A DNA stretch of 64,000 bases from Vulcanimicrobiota bacterium (lineage in GTDB: Bacteria; Vulcanimicrobiota; Vulcanimicrobiia; Vulcanimicrobiales; Vulcanimicrobiaceae): the NCBI GenBank assembly GCA_963714015.1, contig OY970223.1, forward strand, positions 768,001 through 832,000, read 5' to 3'. This document shows, in pieces, positions 60,765 through 64,000 of the stretch. Positions within the stretch are counted from its first letter, which is position 1. The number at the start of each line of letters is the position of its first letter. A model generated the notes under the pieces. It worked only from the letters and a program-made list of their open reading frames with translations, was not told the origin of the DNA and ran no database searches. Made by a program: the position numbers and the translations under genes.

Positions 60765-63700
60765 CTACGCGAAGACGTCGGCATACTGGCGCACACCCAT
60801 CTTCATCAACTCGTCATTGACGTGCAGAGCCGTTTTTTCCGCTTCGCCCCCAGCTGCGCGAGCATTTCGAAAGATTTCGCGTACACCGTCCTGATTCATG
60901 AACGGAAACGGCGTCTGCCTCTTCACCAGCAGATCCAGTGCCGTAACGGCCTCCCGCGGATGCGTCGCGCTCAAAGACTCCGAGTTTCTCAATGACTCTC
61001 CATTCCATGTTTACCTGCCCGGCGGTACTGTGCAAAACTGCTTGCAGCATGGACAAGGCCCACCTTGGATCGACGTTGTCGGAAATGAACCAAAGGCCGA
61101 AAATGGCAAGGATCTTCCGACGTTCCTCGAGCGTTCGATCTGAATAGAGTTCCAACATTCGCTCGAAGAGTACCTCGAACCGATGCATCGTTTCATCCGA
61201 CCAGTTTGGCGAATTCAAGGCGTTCCCGGCGCTCGTCATCATGTGCGACAATGCGGATGGCGGCGCGTCGTGCAAGAACGCTGCAAGCGGGCCTTGTTGC
61301 AGATCTAGTCGTCCCCATAGGTACGGACCCAAAAAGTGGGATCCGAGCGAACCGGCGGGATACCAGTCTGTCCGATCAACGTTCGGCTCCTCGCCGATGC
61401 TAAACGCATGGCGCTCGTAGCGCGAGCGCAGGACGTCAAACGTCTCTCCGTAGATGCGATTGAAGACAAGGTACGCTTCCCAGGATGCGCGTCCAGCATC
61501 GTCGTTCGTAAATATCCGATCGAGAGCACCTTTCGTCCACGTTCTCGACTCCGCATAGATGGATACGAAGTTCTGTCCATACGTGGAACGGATCGCGCGC
61601 GTGTGCTCGACCATGGGATCCAGCATACGGTCGAGGAGCGAAAACAGTTCGGGCGCGTGCGGACGCAGATCGAATTCGCCCTCATCCCCTTTCAGTGCTG
61701 CGTTGATCCAGCGCGCGTACTCGAACAACGCTAGCATTCCGGCCCCGCGCGCAGAGTTCAGCGCTAAACTCCAAGGGTCGCCGTGCGATTCGCGTCCGGA
61801 GTAGCGGTCATCCTGATCGGGCGTGGGATCGCGGTCCGCGATAATTGCTTCGATGATTTGGAAAACGCGGGCGCGCAATGCGTACGGTAGAGATTTACCG
61901 CGCATCATATCCGTAAGCGCGAACGCGATCGTCTGCCGCAACGGTCCCCAGGACGGTTCGTCGTCGTCCGCTTCGTCCAACGTCTCGTAGTTGCGCTCCG
62001 CTTCGGCTGCGTCCGCCTTGCACATCTCCATCAGCGAAACGTACGCGTCGTAATCGAAATCTGTGCCGGTGGCATGCGGCCGAATCGCTTCAACGACGTG
62101 ACGCACATAGATCGGCGGCGGACTCGCTGACACGCCGCCATTGCTCAAGAAATTCGCGCCGCCGTTCGACGACGAGCGGCTGCAGCGCGCGCCCGAGGCC
62201 TTCGGGTGACGGTGCTAACCAGCCGCCTTCGGGCGTCCAGGATTCCAGGTACGTCAGCACCTCCGCCGTGGACATTTCGCGCAATTCTTGCGCCGATTTC
62301 GGAGCCTCCGGCCCCAGCGATGTTTCGGCGTGCTGAGGCGATTGGTCGTATTCTTGCGCGAAGCGCATCTTCAAATCGTCGAATCGCGCTAGATCGTCCC
62401 CAGCGAGGTACGGCGCAATCGGCTTCATCTGCTCGTACGTCTGACGGGCCCTGAACCGCTCGACGGCGGCCTGTAGGTCTTGTTCCTCGACGCGACCACG
62501 CAGAAGTACAACCGCCCGTGCTTTCGTCGTTATACCGGCACGTAGGCCTGCAACGATCTTTTTGCGGTCCTCTTCCTCGAAATCCGGAAAGAACCGAGAC
62601 AGGAAATCTCTTCGCTCCTTCGTGTTTTGGCGATAGGAAAGCAGGTTGCCGCGCTCGGCCAATGCGGTCTTTGCGTTCTCTGCTTCTCCGACGGCAGTTA
62701 TGATCGCCAGCGAGATGCGTTTGAAGACGTCGTGCTCGAACCTGCGGAGCAGTGAAAGAACCTCGTCAACGGGAAACCGGCCTGCATTCACGGCCGCGCA
62801 CGAAGTAGAGTAGATTTTGAGGGAAAGGCGCTGCTTTACGCCGTGCGCCATATTGGCGTCTTCGCGGATCTCGGGAAGCCAGCTGGTGGAGTAATCCGTG
62901 ACCGGCTCCCCTTCGATTTCCAGTGCGTCCTTCAGCCGATACGCCAGCATTTCAACGAATTCCAACGGCTCCGCTTGGCCGAGGAACGTTCGATACTATC
63001 TAGCGCCGCGACGTATTGCATGTCGCCGATCTTCGCGGCGGCCCGACGGCGTTTTCGACCCATGAGTTCGAACTGGTCGTCAACCGTTATCAAATCCAGC
63101 ACCGATCGGGCGATCTTTCGGGCCGCGGCGTACTCTCCCGACGCCGTGAAATGCTTTATGACGTTCAAGTAGGCGTATTGGAGTCGGTCAGGATCCGCTT
63201 CGAACCATGCCCTGAGCGGCTTTACCAACGTCTTTCCTGTCGCGGCCGGCATGTTGTTCACCGCAGCGACCAGTTCGTACACTACAAGTGTATTGTCGGT
63301 CTTGATGTTGCGGATGACGTCCGCGACTTGGTCCGGTATTGCATGCGCGACGTTTACCAGATACTTGCCCTGCGGCCAACGCATGAAAACAATTCGATCG
63401 CCGCTCCGACGGGAAGTTGGAGGCGAATCGAACATGTGACATCTCTTGAGCAGATAGAAAGCCTTTGGATTTTTAAGGCGCTCGAAAAAATATAGCGCAT
63501 CCTCGGGATGTCCAAGCGCCTCAATGGATGCGCGAAGTTTTCCCTCGTTCACCACGATTCGATCTCCGCAAGGTTTTCATCCATGCGTGCCTGTCGTTCG
63601 TGCCGATGGCCAAGTATGGCGTGCAAGATGTCCTCGAACCGGTCCCATTCATCAAGCGCTTCCGATTCGTTGCGCAGCTTGTGACGTGTCGGCACATGCG

Positions 63701-64000
63701 CTAACTTCTCGCCCTCCAAGCGGACGAGTCCCCTCGCTACATGGGTCATCTCTTCGGGATAGACGCCGTGCAGAAGGCCTAAGACTTCCGACAAGGCCTC
63801 CACGCGCTCCCCTTCGACGTTCGACTCCTGCGTTATCCAACGGTTGAGCGGGACGCCAACTCGAACCGGATCGTCACGGAACTTTCCGCGCTGGGGCGTG
63901 ATTGCGCGTCCCCCAGCGCAAGATCCCCGACCGCGGCGCGCCACTGTGCAAAGACCTGTAGTCTTTCCTCACGCCGCAGACGATCATGATCTTCATCGCC
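60765..64000 (-). CDS. Large (>1000 aa) alpha-helical hypothetical protein; frameshifted into five ORFs, 5' end probably outside the window
   Basis: Abutting or overlapping ORFs 63549-63944, 62932-63555, 62090-62965, 60814-62148 and 60765-60992. Motifs YFFERLKNP, WPQGKYL, DYSTSWLPEI, PSPEGLGRAL, ALNSARG. Confidence 0.65.

Larger units (their letters stand above)
55662..64000. mobile_element. Putative genomic island at tRNA-Leu (continues beyond the window)
   Basis: Housekeeping genes end abruptly at the tRNA 3' end; AT-richer patches, transposase, xis-like HTH and orphan ORFs follow. No integrase or att repeat is visible in the window. Confidence 0.6.

Noticed and set aside
55662..64000. Prophage
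   Set aside because: No structural, terminase or integrase genes are recognisable within the window.

Overview
GC-rich bacterial chromosomal window. The mix of Terrabacteria-type gene order and LptA/OstA-like genes suggests a diderm Terrabacteria lineage such as Ca. Eremiobacterota (inference). Bases 1-55.5 kb are mostly core genome: a large ATPase-TPR-BTAD regulator with lipoproteins, trmL, a dipeptide epimerase/DUF1611/peptide-binding protein/C39 peptidase operon, 6S RNA, rpiB-glyA-(Zn protease)-upp-dCMP deaminase-tagO-wecB, the complete atp operon, murA, mreB, a type III PKS with methyltransferase, tsaC, two LptA-like genes, rarA, iscS, a SigB-type partner-switching module, alaS, two GT-C-like membrane proteins, yyaL, split LigD plus Ku, an MFS transporter and htrA. 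After tRNA-Leu(CAG) at 55578-55661 the sequence becomes an accessory island. It holds a degenerate DDE transposase, an excisionase-like HTH gene, small secreted ORFs, a HEPN-like protein and a >1000-aa alpha-helical protein that runs off the window edge; the last two are a candidate anti-phage pair. Non-coding highlights are a 5x ~110-bp hairpin-rich tandem array between murA and mreB with a diverged solo copy upstream of atpA, a ~195-bp element bounded by perfect 40-bp inverted repeats, and a recurrent CGAA-N9-10-start codon motif. Many housekeeping genes, especially at 8-24 kb, carry small indels that are most likely long-read assembly errors. Coordinates of frameshifted genes span the reconstructed gene.
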